This document shows positions 53,666-64,000 of a stretch of 64,000 nucleotides of DNA, one piece after another (position 1 is the first letter of the stretch; the number at the start of each line of letters is the position of its first letter). Under the pieces are notes generated by a model. That model had not been told where the DNA came from. It worked only from the letters and a program-made list of their open reading frames with translations, and made no database searches. Position numbers and translations under genes: made by a program. This stretch comes from Callorhinchus milii. Its lineage: Eukaryota. The stretch spans positions 122,824,001-122,888,000 of the forward strand of contig NW_024704742.1 in assembly GCF_018977255.1 (NCBI RefSeq), given 5' to 3'.

Positions 53666-54125
53666 TATTATTATGAAAGGGAGAGAGAGGAGAGAAGACG
53701 ACGACAACAACAACAAATTACATTTGCATAGCATCTTTCACGTCAAGAGGATGTCCCAAGGCCCAGAGATCTGCAGTGGGTGCAGGAAAGAGAGAGTGCG
53801 AGAAGAAGACAGTGGGGAAAGAGCGAATGGCGGAGAGAGGCGAGGAGAGGGGACACTTTGCCATTAAGTCCGAAACTGAAAACATTACATGGAGAAATTA
53901 TGCGGTTAGGGAACCAGCTGCACTCTAAACCCAAAGCTCATCACTCCCCAATGCTTCTATATCTAAAGCTGAAATAAAGAGAGGTGATAGAGCACATAAA
54001 TGAAGACATAGAAAATATATGTGGTTTAAAAAACATCAACTTCCATAACGGTCTGAGTGTGCAGTAATATCCTGTCAGGAGCGAGAACTCCCCCAAGTGG
54101 TGGGTGGAAGAATCCCTAGCGTTAT

Positions 54126-54507
54126 GGAGCCCTGTAACTCAGCGGTTAGAGCACTCGCCTCGCAAGCAAGAGGACCCGGGTTCGATTCCCAGCAGGACGA
54201 AACGTTAAGCAAGCTTCCTTACTCGACACGCACGCCTCTGTTTATCTAGCAGTAAGTAGGAACCCGGTTGTTACTTGATAGGCAGATCGCTTTTACGGGG
54301 TAATAATCCCTCTCCAAAAAATAACAACAATTTGGTCACTCAATCCACAACTGTTTATGGAACACTGCTGTGTGCAATTGGCTGCCGTGTTTCACCCACA
54401 ACATATACAGTCACTACACTTTACAATATATTCTGTGAAGCGCTTTGAGACGTATCGAAGAAGTGATAAGGCGCTATATCAAATGCAAGGGTTATTATTA
54501 TTATTAT
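54126..54507 (+). mobile_element. Deu SINE, long form
   Basis: Full head, extra internal segment, core and tail. Confidence 0.88.
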
Positions 54508-54996
54508 TTTTAAGTAACCTGGAAAGCTAGGAGCAGAGACTTCACAAGTCTCTGTGAGCCTGAGAATATTCCATACAATTGAGGGCATTTCCTCAAAGCT
54601 ACCATACCAGCCATGTATAAATAATACTAAGGAAGCGAAAGGAGATGTTTAAAAAATATTAAAATTAATAATAATGAAAATAATCCTTATATTTGATATA
54701 AAGCCTTATCACATCGATGCAAGGTCTCAAAGCACTTCACAAGGTTTACTGTCAAGTGTAGTGACTGTGAATTTGTTTTTTTGCATGGAAACTACTCTCC
54801 CAGGTCTTTGCATTTCAATTAGCTGATAACCCAATGATTGCAGGAGTCACCATCTTTGCCCACAAAATACACAGTTACTACACTTTAAATATATATACAT
54901 TCTGTGGAAGTGCCTTGAGTCGTCCTCCCATCGTGAAAGGCACTATATCAATGTAAGAACTATTATTATTATTGTTAGCACCTATAAAAAACTCAC

Positions 54997-55121
54997 GTGT
55001 GGAGTTGTCCCCAATGGGTAAGTTTATAACAGTGGGTTTATCAGAGCAAAGCAAGTGGAAGGGGTAGATTATTTTCCGGCTGGGGTTGAAAACCTACAGT
55101 GTGGCTTGTGCTCCTGTGGAG
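54997..55121 (-). pseudogene. Exon remnant
   Basis: Acceptor gtgcag and donor gtgagt; ATL*VFNPSRKIIYPFHLLCSDKPTVINLPIGDNST. Confidence 0.3.
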
Positions 55122-55336
55122 CTGCACATCTCAGACAGAATAAAGTCTGTTTCAACCACAAAAATACACAGACAATCACTTTACGGTATAAACTTTGAAG
55201 TGTTTTGAAATGCCTCAACCACCTGCTAAACCGCTATATCAAATGCAAGGACTATTATTATTATTATTCAGTCAGTGGCTTCAAAATAAATCCAGCTCTG
55301 ACTCCAGCAGAGCAAACAGTAGCAGTCATCTTCCCC

Positions 55337-55690
55337 AACAACAACAAAATGACATTTGTAAAGCGCCTTTCATGTCGGGAGGACGTCCCAAGGCGCTGGA
55401 CAGACAGAGTTACGGACCTAAGCTGAAAGTCGGGGAGGGGGTAGGGCGGAAGGGAAGCAGGGAGATCGAAAGCACGGTCGAAGAGGAGGGTGGGTCTTGA
55501 AAGTGGCGAGGGAGGGGGGCGAGACGGAGGGACTGCGGGATAGAGTTCCAGAGGGTGGGTACAGAGAGGTGGAAGGCGAGCAGGATGGTAGGGGATAAGG
55601 AGGTCTCAGAGGTAGGGGGGAGCAAGAGCATGGCAGGCTTTGAAGGTGAGGAACTGTATCTTCTGTGTGATGGGAAGCCAATGATGTGAG
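55337..55690 (-). mobile_element. L2 LINE 3' end with internal deletion
   Basis: PTLWNSIPQSLR motif followed by tail. Confidence 0.8.
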
Positions 55691-55855
55691 ATCTCCACAC
55701 CTCAACCCCCACCCCTGCCCTCACCCCCCCCACCCCCCAACCACCATTACTATGCACCTAACCCCGATATCTAATGTCCATCAGATTTGTCTCAAATGCA
55801 CACTTGAGAGGCAGTTTTACCTACCTCTCTCTAACACTGAAAACACATTTTGAAG

Positions 55856-56213
55856 TGGAGTCCTGTAGTTCAGTGGTTAGAGCGCTCGCAAGCGAGAGAC
55901 CTGCATTTGATTCCCAGCAGGGTGAAACGTTGGGCAAGTATCCTTACTCCACACACCTGTTTACCCAGCAGTTAGTAGAAACCCGGTTGTTAGTCGATTG
56001 ACGGATAGCTTTGCTGAGTGTAATAATCCTTAAAAAAATTGGACACTCAATCCACGATTGTTTGTGGGACCCTACTGTGCGCAATTGGCTGCCGTGTTTC
56101 GCCCACAAATATGCAGTCAATTCGCTTTACAGTATATTCTGTGAAGCGTTTTGAGAGATCTCGAAGACGTGATAAGGCGCTATATCAAATGCAAGGATTA
56201 TTATTATTATTAT
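55856..56213 (+). mobile_element. Deu SINE, long form
   Basis: Complete copy. Confidence 0.88.
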
Positions 56214-56502
56214 AAGTGGAGACTGAGCAGACAGACTGGCTGTCCCAGTGTTTGGAGCCTGCAAGTGACACTGCGGTTAAAACAAAATCAAGGCTTATGA
56301 AGCTGTAAACCTGTTTACAACACTGATTGGGTTGTTGCAAAATGCTCTTAGGTCAGTATTCCGCCAATATCATGTCCCTTCCACACGCTACATTCTGACT
56401 ATGAAGTACTTCATCCATAAAATATACACAGGGTAATAACATAATGTCATTCAAACTAGAGAACAAATCGCCGGTATTGATAACCAGCAGATCATTACTA
56501 TC
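56214..56502 (-). pseudogene. Pseudo-exon: vWD C-terminal half
   Basis: Fragments VYILWMKYFIVRM*, WKGHDIGGIL and KHWDSQSVC in shifting frames. Confidence 0.35.
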
Positions 56503-57089
56503 CTAATAAAGGCTTTAGTTTAGGGAATTGAAGACAAGACTATATTTCCTAATCTGTCCTGGATTATAAATCTTCTCGGAGTCATCTGAACCCCAGGGAA
56601 ACCCCGTCCCCGCTCTTTTACCATTGGGCCTCCAGCTGAGATCAACAGGCACTGCACAGACCTGAACCTGTGACTTTGCAGTTGGGAACTCCCTCCCTCT
56701 AGCCCTCTAAAAAGACTTTATCAGTCTTTAAATCCCACCTTAAAAACCTACCACTTAACCCATGCTTACACTTTCCCCATGCTCCACCCCCTCTTCCCTG
56801 GCTCGGCATCTGACGCTGTTTTTGTGAAGCGCTCTGAGACATTACCCTTTGTGAAAGGTACTATAATAATAATCCTTGCATTTGATATAGCGCTTTTCAC
56901 GTCTTCTAGACGTCTCAAAGCACTTCACAGAATATACTGTAAAATGAATTGACTGTATATTTGTGGGCGAAACGCGGCAGTCAATTGCACACAGCAGTGT
57001 CCCACAAACAGTCGTGGATTGAACATGACCAATTTATTATTGTTTTGTTTTAAGTGCAAGTTGTTATTGTAGTCTGTATGGCTCAGTGC

Positions 57090-57470
57090 TGCACTAAGTG
57101 ATGTCATTACACAAGAGCCCACCAGGGAGTGAGATGCCAGTTCAATCTAATTCATCAACTTATTCTGCTTCAGAAAAGGATTGGTTACATTTTTCCCAAG
57201 TCCAGTCTGTACATTTGTCACTCAGATTACATAAACATCCTGCACCAGACACTGTAATGACAACATTTTGTACACAATAACCAAAATGTACAAGATTTAA
57301 CAAAACTTAATGGTTAACCCAGGAGAAGGAAGCTGTCGCCATGGTAAATTCGAAGGAACTAAGCCTTTAAATGATAAAGAAAACATCGGTAATTAGTCTT
57401 TTGAATAACTGGATGTTTTTCTGCACTTTAAATGGAAGGCATAAATATTGTGCTTATGCCATGGTGCAAT
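57090..57470 (-). pseudogene. Pseudo-exon: vWD mid-domain
   Basis: GYCVQNVVITVSG resembles vWD CxKSVxVxVxG. Confidence 0.35.
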
Positions 57471-58229
57471 GTAATTATAAGATGTATTTCACATCTCAAA
57501 TCACTTCACAGGATATGCTGAAAAGTGCAGTGACTGCATATTTTATAGATGAATGCGACAGCCAATTTGAGCAAAGCAATGTCCCACAAACAACCATTGA
57601 CCAATTTATATGTTGGCTGTGACACAGGGAGAAACTTCCGTTTCGTTAACCAGACTAATTGGGTGGCCACGTATGGGGTGGTCAGGTCTGGCTCAGCATA
57701 ATTACAATGCCAACCTTCTTCAGTGCAAAAAATGCCAATACCGTCATTATAATTATTTGAATTCCATAAGCAGAAGATAGTGAATAAGCTATCTTGTGCT
57801 TTCAGGATTCAACCTGAGTCAAAGTGGGTACACCTGGCCACTGAAGGCCAGTAAAGATGGTGAAGTGGGAGGGGGTATGAGGAGAGTGGCTGGCGGGAGT
57901 TTACACACGTGTGGACTCGTGGATTTGTGTTTTTTTTTTACAATTTCAGTTTTGGTAAACCGGGGGTTTACTGTAGTTGCGTGTGATCTTCAACAGCTAT
58001 CTGAACAGGCAGACTGGACCTCAGTTTAATCCACAGGACAATATTGTACCTCCCACAATGCAGCAAACCCTCCAATAATCATTGGAGTGTCAGCCTCGAC
58101 TATACAAGTTCAAAGTCCCAATGTTGAGCTTGAACCCACAACTTTCCGAGTCAAAGATGAGAGCACTACCAACTGAGCCACACTGACACAGCAGTAGAAC
58201 ATCATAAGATGATCTGCAATTTGAAAGAC

Positions 58230-58471
58230 CTTTGTGGAGAGATGAATTTTCATAATTATTTAATTAGACTCAATAAAATAATCTGACGCATGTGCCTTTT
58301 GCAGTCCATCCCACACAGGTATAAACTATCTCCTGTTAAACTATATTAAAATGGCAACGTGTACATACGAGCTGAGTAACTTGGCATTGTTCAAATGGCG
58401 ATCTTCACTGGAACCGCTCTTTGCTTCTGATGTTTTTTGTACAGTTGAAGGCAGAGAACTTGGCCAAACAT
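58230..58471 (-). pseudogene. Pseudo-exon, FN3-like
   Basis: Strong acceptor ttttttgtcttccag; SLTGDSLYLCGMDC after a frameshift parallels KPGTLYSISLTC. Confidence 0.45.
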
Positions 58472-58621
58472 CTGGAAGACAAAAAACATATAAATAACAA
58501 TAATCGTTGTATTTCATATAGCGCCTCATCACATCATTGAAAATTGTCCAAGCGCTTCACAGGGCTTTACTATAAAGTGTATGACTCTGTTTCTCCTAGC
58601 AATCTCAGCAGCTAATTTGAA

Positions 58622-58920
58622 CCACAGCCGTGTCCCGCCCCTCCACAGCCGTGCCCCCCCCAAACACAGCTGGCCTCCCCCCACACAGCCGTGCCCCCCC
58701 CACACAGCCGTGCCCACCCCACACAGCCGTGCCCACCCCACACAGCCGTGCCCACCCCACACAGCCGTGCCCACCCCACACAGCCGTGCCCACCCCACAC
58801 AGCCGTGCCCACCCCACACAGCCGTGCCCACCCCACACAGCCGTGCCCACCCCACACAGCCGTGCCCACCCCACACAGCCGTGCCCACCCCACACAGCCG
58901 TGCCCCCCCCCCCCCACCCC
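58622..58920. repeat. 19-bp minisatellite (CACACAGCCGTGCCCACCC, about 15 units) inside a Deu SINE
   Basis: Read directly; explains the repetitive overlapping ORFs at 58.5-59 kb. Confidence 0.95.
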
Positions 58921-59189
58921 ATAGCCATGAAGGTGAATGACCAATTTTTTATATATATATCTGGTAGATTGTCAGCTTAGATACCGGGAAGAACTCCCTT
59001 CCCTTTACAATCCACCTGAACAGACAAACTGGAGCAGCGGTTGCTTCTTGCAAAACTCGATTCCGTGGCCCCTACCAGTGTTAGTGGGTGGATGTCCTGC
59101 CCTGGTGCTGTGGCTATTGGCTGGAGGCTGGGCTCGGAGTCCACCTGTCCATCACACCAAGCCCCCGCCCCCCCCCCCGCTATCTCAGG

Positions 59190-59469
59190 ACACGGTGCAA
59201 TTGAGTGGTTTGCATGTGCCTAATGCCGCTTGTGCAGACAAACCACATATTCTGTTCACTGCAGAGGTAAATGAGTGGAAAATGGAAAAATGGAGATTAC
59301 ATTTGTTCCTCGGCACAAAATGAAGTAACTCAGAGAATGGACGACTTTCCCCCCTTCCTCGTCCAGGGGCGAAGAGCACTAAAGCCAACTGTAGAACCTC
59401 AAACAAGTGGTAATAGAAGCATGCCAACATGTGCTCTATCATCCACCAGGTGTAAACCAATACAGGTGC
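59190..59469 (-). pseudogene. Pseudo-exon, FN3-like
   Basis: PLV*GSTVGFSALRPWT (compare FxGLxPxTxY). Confidence 0.35.
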
Positions 59470-59482
59470 CTTTATAATCAGA

Positions 59483-59757
59483 GGTGGAGTCTGTAGTTCA
59501 GTGGTTAGAGCACTCGCTGCGCAAGCGAGAGACCTGGGTTCGAATCCTGGCAGAGTGAAACCTTGGGTAAGTTTCCTTACTCCACACGCCTGATAATAAA
59601 CACTCAAGAAACAAAACACAATAATAATTTAGTCACTCAATCCATGACTGCTGTGGCAATTGGCTGCTGAGTTTCACCTACAAAACATAGTCAATTCACT
59701 TTACAGTATACAGAGAGAAAAGTGCTATATAAAATGCAAGGATTATTTATTATTATA
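59483..59757 (+). mobile_element. Deu SINE, short form
   Basis: Head and tail clear. Confidence 0.8.
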
Positions 59758-59983
59758 ATCAACAACCAATGAATTGGTCAATTCCATAACTAATAAATCT
59801 TTCACTGGTTGAAATTATGCAATTGGGAGCAGATCTGTAATATCCTTTGTGATCATGGTTTCCATGCGGTTTCCATGCAATGCAATATAGACCCCTTGGA
59901 CAACAACAGTGCAACATAGATTCCTTCTGTCCAAATGCTCATTGAGTTGAAAGCTATTTAATAGTAAAGTGATGCTTCCATAC

Positions 59984-60255
59984 CTGTCTGAATGCTGACA
60001 TTTGAAGACTTGAGGAATGTTTCACTGTTAAAACAGGTCAGGCTGATGGAGTAAAGTGTCCCAGGCTTCCGGTCCAACAGCTCCAGGCTTCCATTTCTGA
60101 AATATTGTTGAAAATTGTGTTGAAATTCAAAGAACAACAGCAAGGATTAGATGCAAAATACACTGAGGTGGGTTTAATAGTGCAGACATTCATGCTTAAA
60201 CTCTGCAAAGAGGCAAGCTGCAACCCAGTAACAATGGGTTCAACATATAGTTTTT
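59984..60255 (-). pseudogene. Pseudo-exon: FN3 domain, phase 1-1, frameshifted
   Basis: EKLYVEPIVTGLQ.., then shift to LELLDRKPGTLYSISLTCFNSETFLKSSNVSIQT with donor gtatgg. Confidence 0.65.
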
Positions 60256-60539
60256 CTGAAATAATAATAATAGTCCTTGCATTTGACTCAGCACCTTATC
60301 ACGTCATTGAGACATCTCAAAGCATTTCACAGAATATACTGTAAAGTGGATTGACTGTATATTTGTGGGCGAAACGCGGCAGTCAATTGCACACAGCAGT
60401 GTCCCACAAACAGTCGTGGATTGAACATGACCAATTTATTTTGTGGGCAAAACGGTGAAATGATGAAAGAGGAGGGAAAAAAAGCCAGCTGGCCACATAA
60501 ACTATATTGTTACATTTAAACCTCCACCGCCTACCTCCT

Positions 60540-61140
60540 AATCTGTGCCAAACTCCGCTTGCCTATCAGGCTCCACTGGTTCCCTATCTTTCAAAAGATT
60601 GATTTCAAGGACCTTGTCTCACCTCTACATCCCTTCACACCCTAGCTCTGTGATCCTGTCCTAATTCACTCTTTTGCTCATCCCCTCCACTCAGCAAACT
60701 TGGGTTTGCTATGCACCCCATCCCACCATTGGTGGCTGAGCCTTCAGCAACTATAACCCCTACCTCTACAACTGCCTCTCTGCACCCCTCCATCTCCTCG
60801 CCTTCAAGGCCCTCCATGACCTTGCCCCTTCTCTACCTCTGTGATCTGCTAACCCTATATCAATCTGTCCGCTCCCTCTGCTAAGCAGGCTCTGGTCTGC
60901 TCCATGGCCCCGGCGTGCTCCACCATCAGCAGTCGGGCCTTCAGCCTTTCTGCTGAACTCCATCCCACATTCCCTTCGCCTCACTCCCTTCCTTGCCTCT
61001 TTCAAGGCACGTGTCAAAACCTCCTCTTTGACCAAGCCTTTGGTCACCCTCTTACCCCCCAGCTTGGGTCCAAATCCCTGACTGTCCAGGCTTTGGGAAC
61101 GTCCTCCTGCCATGAAAGGCGCTATACAAATGTAATTTTG
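60540..61140 (+). mobile_element. Two decayed L2 3' fragments
   Basis: LHWFPIFQKIDFK-type remnants and L2 tail. Confidence 0.7.
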
Positions 61141-61309
61141 TATTGTACTGTATCCACTCTAACTCTCACATGAACCTACCTCTTCTCTTTGGACCATGCC
61201 TTCTAACACTTCTTCTAATTGGCAGCCTTATTAATTGATCAACCCTGATCCTTCAGTCGTGTGACCACAGTTTCAAATCAAATACCCAATTTATATGTGC
61301 GTTAATTAC

Positions 61310-61720
61310 ACCCTATTTGCATATTGAGGGCTTAGATCATGTCCATCTCAATCGTGTTCCAGTTATGTCAGCATAAGCTTATAAGCAGCTCTGTAAGTAC
61401 CAGAAGCCATCTTGTTGTTCTCCTCTGAACCCTCCCTTCATGTCCTTTTGAAGTTAAGCTGCTAAAAGTGTAGATGCGACTCTTTAATCCTGCTGTGCTT
61501 TCCCAGTCTATTTTACTCCAGTTCTCTCTTGCTACTTGGCTCAGACACTATTTGACAGGCAGATGTCTTGATTGAATAACCAGGAAAATTAGGTTCCTCA
61601 GACAGAACCTCATGTACCTGAGGGCCTGATATCAAACTTCGTGGCTTTGCCAAGATCAAGCTTCTGTGTTGATAGTATGATGGGACTGTACAATGCAGCC
61701 TGTCAGGATTGAACAATGTG
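61310..61720 (-). pseudogene. Pseudo-exon: vWD end plus C8
   Basis: RLHCTVPSYYQHR; SCL*AYADITGTRLRW. Confidence 0.5.
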
Positions 61721-61974
61721 GGTTGTAATTTTTGATTGATATTAATAATTAAGCTAGTTTATCTTTGAGGACCGTAGAGAAATGTCAGCAGTGTTTAACT
61801 TTCTTGTCCCTGACCTTTATTTGGTATGTTTGATTCTTACATTCTCTATGACCCCCCTCCAGGGCAAAGTAACTGAATTGAAAAAAAGAGTTTTAATATC
61901 CCATCCAACAACCTCCCAGATTCAAATTGGTCACTCACTTCATGGCTGTTTGTGGGACACTGATGTTTGCAAAG

Positions 61975-62240
61975 TGAATGATCAATTTTATTTGGGGAAT
62001 TGTTGGCCAGGACACTGGAAGAAACTCCCTTCTATCATCGAATAATGCTATAGTGTCTTTAATGACCACCCGAACAGGCAGGTGGGATCTCAATTTAATA
62101 TCTTAACCAAAGGATAGCACCTCCGACAATGCAGCACACACAGTATTGGAGTGTCAGCCTAAACTATGGGCTCAAAGTCCCGACAAGGGGATTGAACCCA
62201 TAACCTTTTGACTCAGGAGAGAGCATAACCAACTCACCAG
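61975..62240 (-). mobile_element. Old Deu SINE
   Basis: Reverse-complement head and core. Confidence 0.7.
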
Positions 62241-62630
62241 GTTGTAATTCGCATGGAAAACTCTACTGTAGGAGCTGGAACTATCTTCAATAGAAAGTTT
62301 TAAAAATGTAACAATAATCCTTACATTTAACAGATCGCCTTTCACAGCGTGAAGATGTCTCAAAGCACTTCACTGAATATACTGCAAAGTGTAGTGACTG
62401 CATTTTATGGGCGAACGAGGCAATTAATTTACATACAACAATGTCACACAAACAGGCATGAAGTGTATGACCAATTTTGTTTGGCAGATTGTGTGAGATT
62501 ACACAAATCAGTTCATGGCATCTGAAAAATCATTTCACTGTTGAAAAATTCAAGAACGCAAACAGCATGGAAATCCCTGGAGCAATCCCATTAATATTCT
62601 GCTGGAAAATGAAAATGCCAATTTACGTAC

Positions 62631-62846
62631 CCTGTAAAAATGGATTTTATTTCATTATTGTTTGAGCGCTGGAGGTGATATTTTGTAATATATGGTGAGA
62701 CATATATTACAAAACTAGTTGAAGCCAGTCTTAAAAAGGATATTAGGGTAAACTTTGCAACAAAATAAACATGTCGGAACAAATTAAAAAAGGGATTCAA
62801 AAATATGTTATTTTGATTGATCATGGAAAATTATCCCCATCATAAA
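62631..62846 (-). pseudogene. Candidate pseudo-exon (vWD start?)
   Basis: Acceptor tacag and donor gtacgt; FVPTCLF fragment. Confidence 0.3.
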
Positions 62847-63453
62847 CTGTATCTATTTATTTATCTAATGAAGTGAATTAACCATGGGTAAAATGTTACG
62901 GTGTCAGTGTGGCACTGATGGCAGCTCTTGTCGTAAGTGCCGTCCTTCAGATGAGATATTAAAGTGAGGTCCTGTCCTGTCTGAAAATTCAGGTGGGTTT
63001 CTTCTGACTCCATCTCGCTTGGCGCTTGTTCATTTTACATCCACATTCCCCCCATTCTGCACTCATAGCTCAAGTGACATAACCTATATAAATAAATCTG
63101 CAATATCTGGGGTCATACAAGGCCTAGATCATGTCCCCCTGAAGATCACCTTTTCTCCTTTATATTGCCGTACCTCATCGAAACTTCTCAAAATTCTTGA
63201 CAGTTGAACATAGCACAGTCCCACAGACCTGAGGTGAATGACCAATTGATTAACGAGTTCAGTTCTATGCAACTCTCTTCAGAAAGCAGTCTGCTGGAAA
63301 CACACCAACTGAACACACCAGACCAGAATCTGGTCAGCTTCGGTCTACAATGCAGTTATGTTGTTCCACGAATGGTGTCTTTTCTAGTTATGGATATTGG
63401 ACCTTATTGGTTTATTTTGTCTAAGATAACAGCCTTGTTGTTAATCCTATTGA

Positions 63454-63549
63454 AATATTCATCAATTTCTTGTTCCTCTCACACTCTGTCATTAGAGCTG
63501 ACCTCAGATAACCTCAGAGTAGAAGAGGAACAAGAAATTGATGAATATT
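63454..63549. repeat. Perfect 26-bp inverted repeat (hairpin)
   Basis: aatattcatcaatttcttgttcctct at 63454-63479; its exact reverse complement at 63524-63549. Confidence 0.95.
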
Positions 63550-64000
63550 ACAATAACATTAACATGTTAGTGACAATAAATCAGGGCAACCAATGAACCA
63601 ATCCTATTGCAAACAGGACATCCCGATCTCTACACCCTCTCCCAAAGACCAGAGATTACAATGATCCTATGACTAATTGCATCCTCCCCCATTGCTCGGG
63701 TGCACGTGTTTTATCTGGGCAAATGCCTTGTAAATAGGGTTACTCTAAGGCCAAATAATCAAGGATGGCTCAGTATGTGTGGTGTTTAAAAAAGGGAGGA
63801 TCTTTTTCTAAACATACTTAAATGTAAAGATAACTCTTTATTCGTTCAATCCATGTCTAGGAAATAAAAAAAATTCTAAACAGAGCAGAGTATTACTGTA
63901 ATAAAAACACAACGCATTATAAAACTGCACTTCATTATCTTATCCTAGTACAATAATCCAGTCTAGTCAAATATTATCTCAAATGACACTCAAATGACAT

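Larger units (their letters stand above)
274..62846 (-). pseudogene. Large decayed multi-exon gene for an extracellular glycoprotein with repeated vWD/C8 modules and FN3-like domains (FCGBP/zonadhesin/mucin-like superfamily)
   Basis: About 30 minus-strand exon remnants, many with AG/GT ends. Motifs read by eye include DPHF (36.9 kb), AFQSTCEFVSL (4.7 kb), FCGLEGNMAVLECMKNI (33.7 kb), VPIDWRAVTKC (51.3 kb), KPGTLYSISLTC (60.0 kb) and ITSNSLTLS (24.4 kb). In-frame stops, frameshifts and TE insertions are frequent. Confidence 0.75.

Noticed and set aside
58529..58980. Repetitive Pro/Gly-rich ORFs or a CRISPR-like array
   Set aside because: Pure 19-bp tandem repeat with no spacers; the ORFs are an artefact of a stop-free unit.
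16665..60255. CD45/receptor tyrosine phosphatase identity for the FN3 exons
   Set aside because: No PTP catalytic motif (HCSAG, WPD) was seen, and the FN3-like exons alternate with vWD/C8.
63204..63596. 130-aa plus-strand ORF
   Set aside because: Starts in a SINE remnant, spans the hairpin and has no recognisable motif.

Overview
AT-rich vertebrate genomic DNA, most likely from a cartilaginous fish and probably a chimaera/holocephalan. That is an inference from the repeat content: tRNA-headed Deu-domain SINEs with (ATT)n tails, L2 and CR1 LINE fragments, and Penelope remnants. I see no intact protein-coding gene. Most ORFs in the track are repeat-derived or spurious. Manual translation of the non-repeat islands on the minus strand shows about 30 decayed exons across the whole window. 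Many keep AG/GT boundaries, and they encode alternating vWD (+C8) modules and FN3-like domains. Nearly every exon carries nonsense codons, frameshifts or transposon insertions. The window therefore looks like one giant (>62 kb) pseudogene, or a tandem pair, for a vWD-C8-FN3 repeat glycoprotein whose architecture I cannot assign to a named gene. Domain calls are by eye against remembered consensus motifs and need HMM confirmation. Exon and repeat boundaries are approximate.
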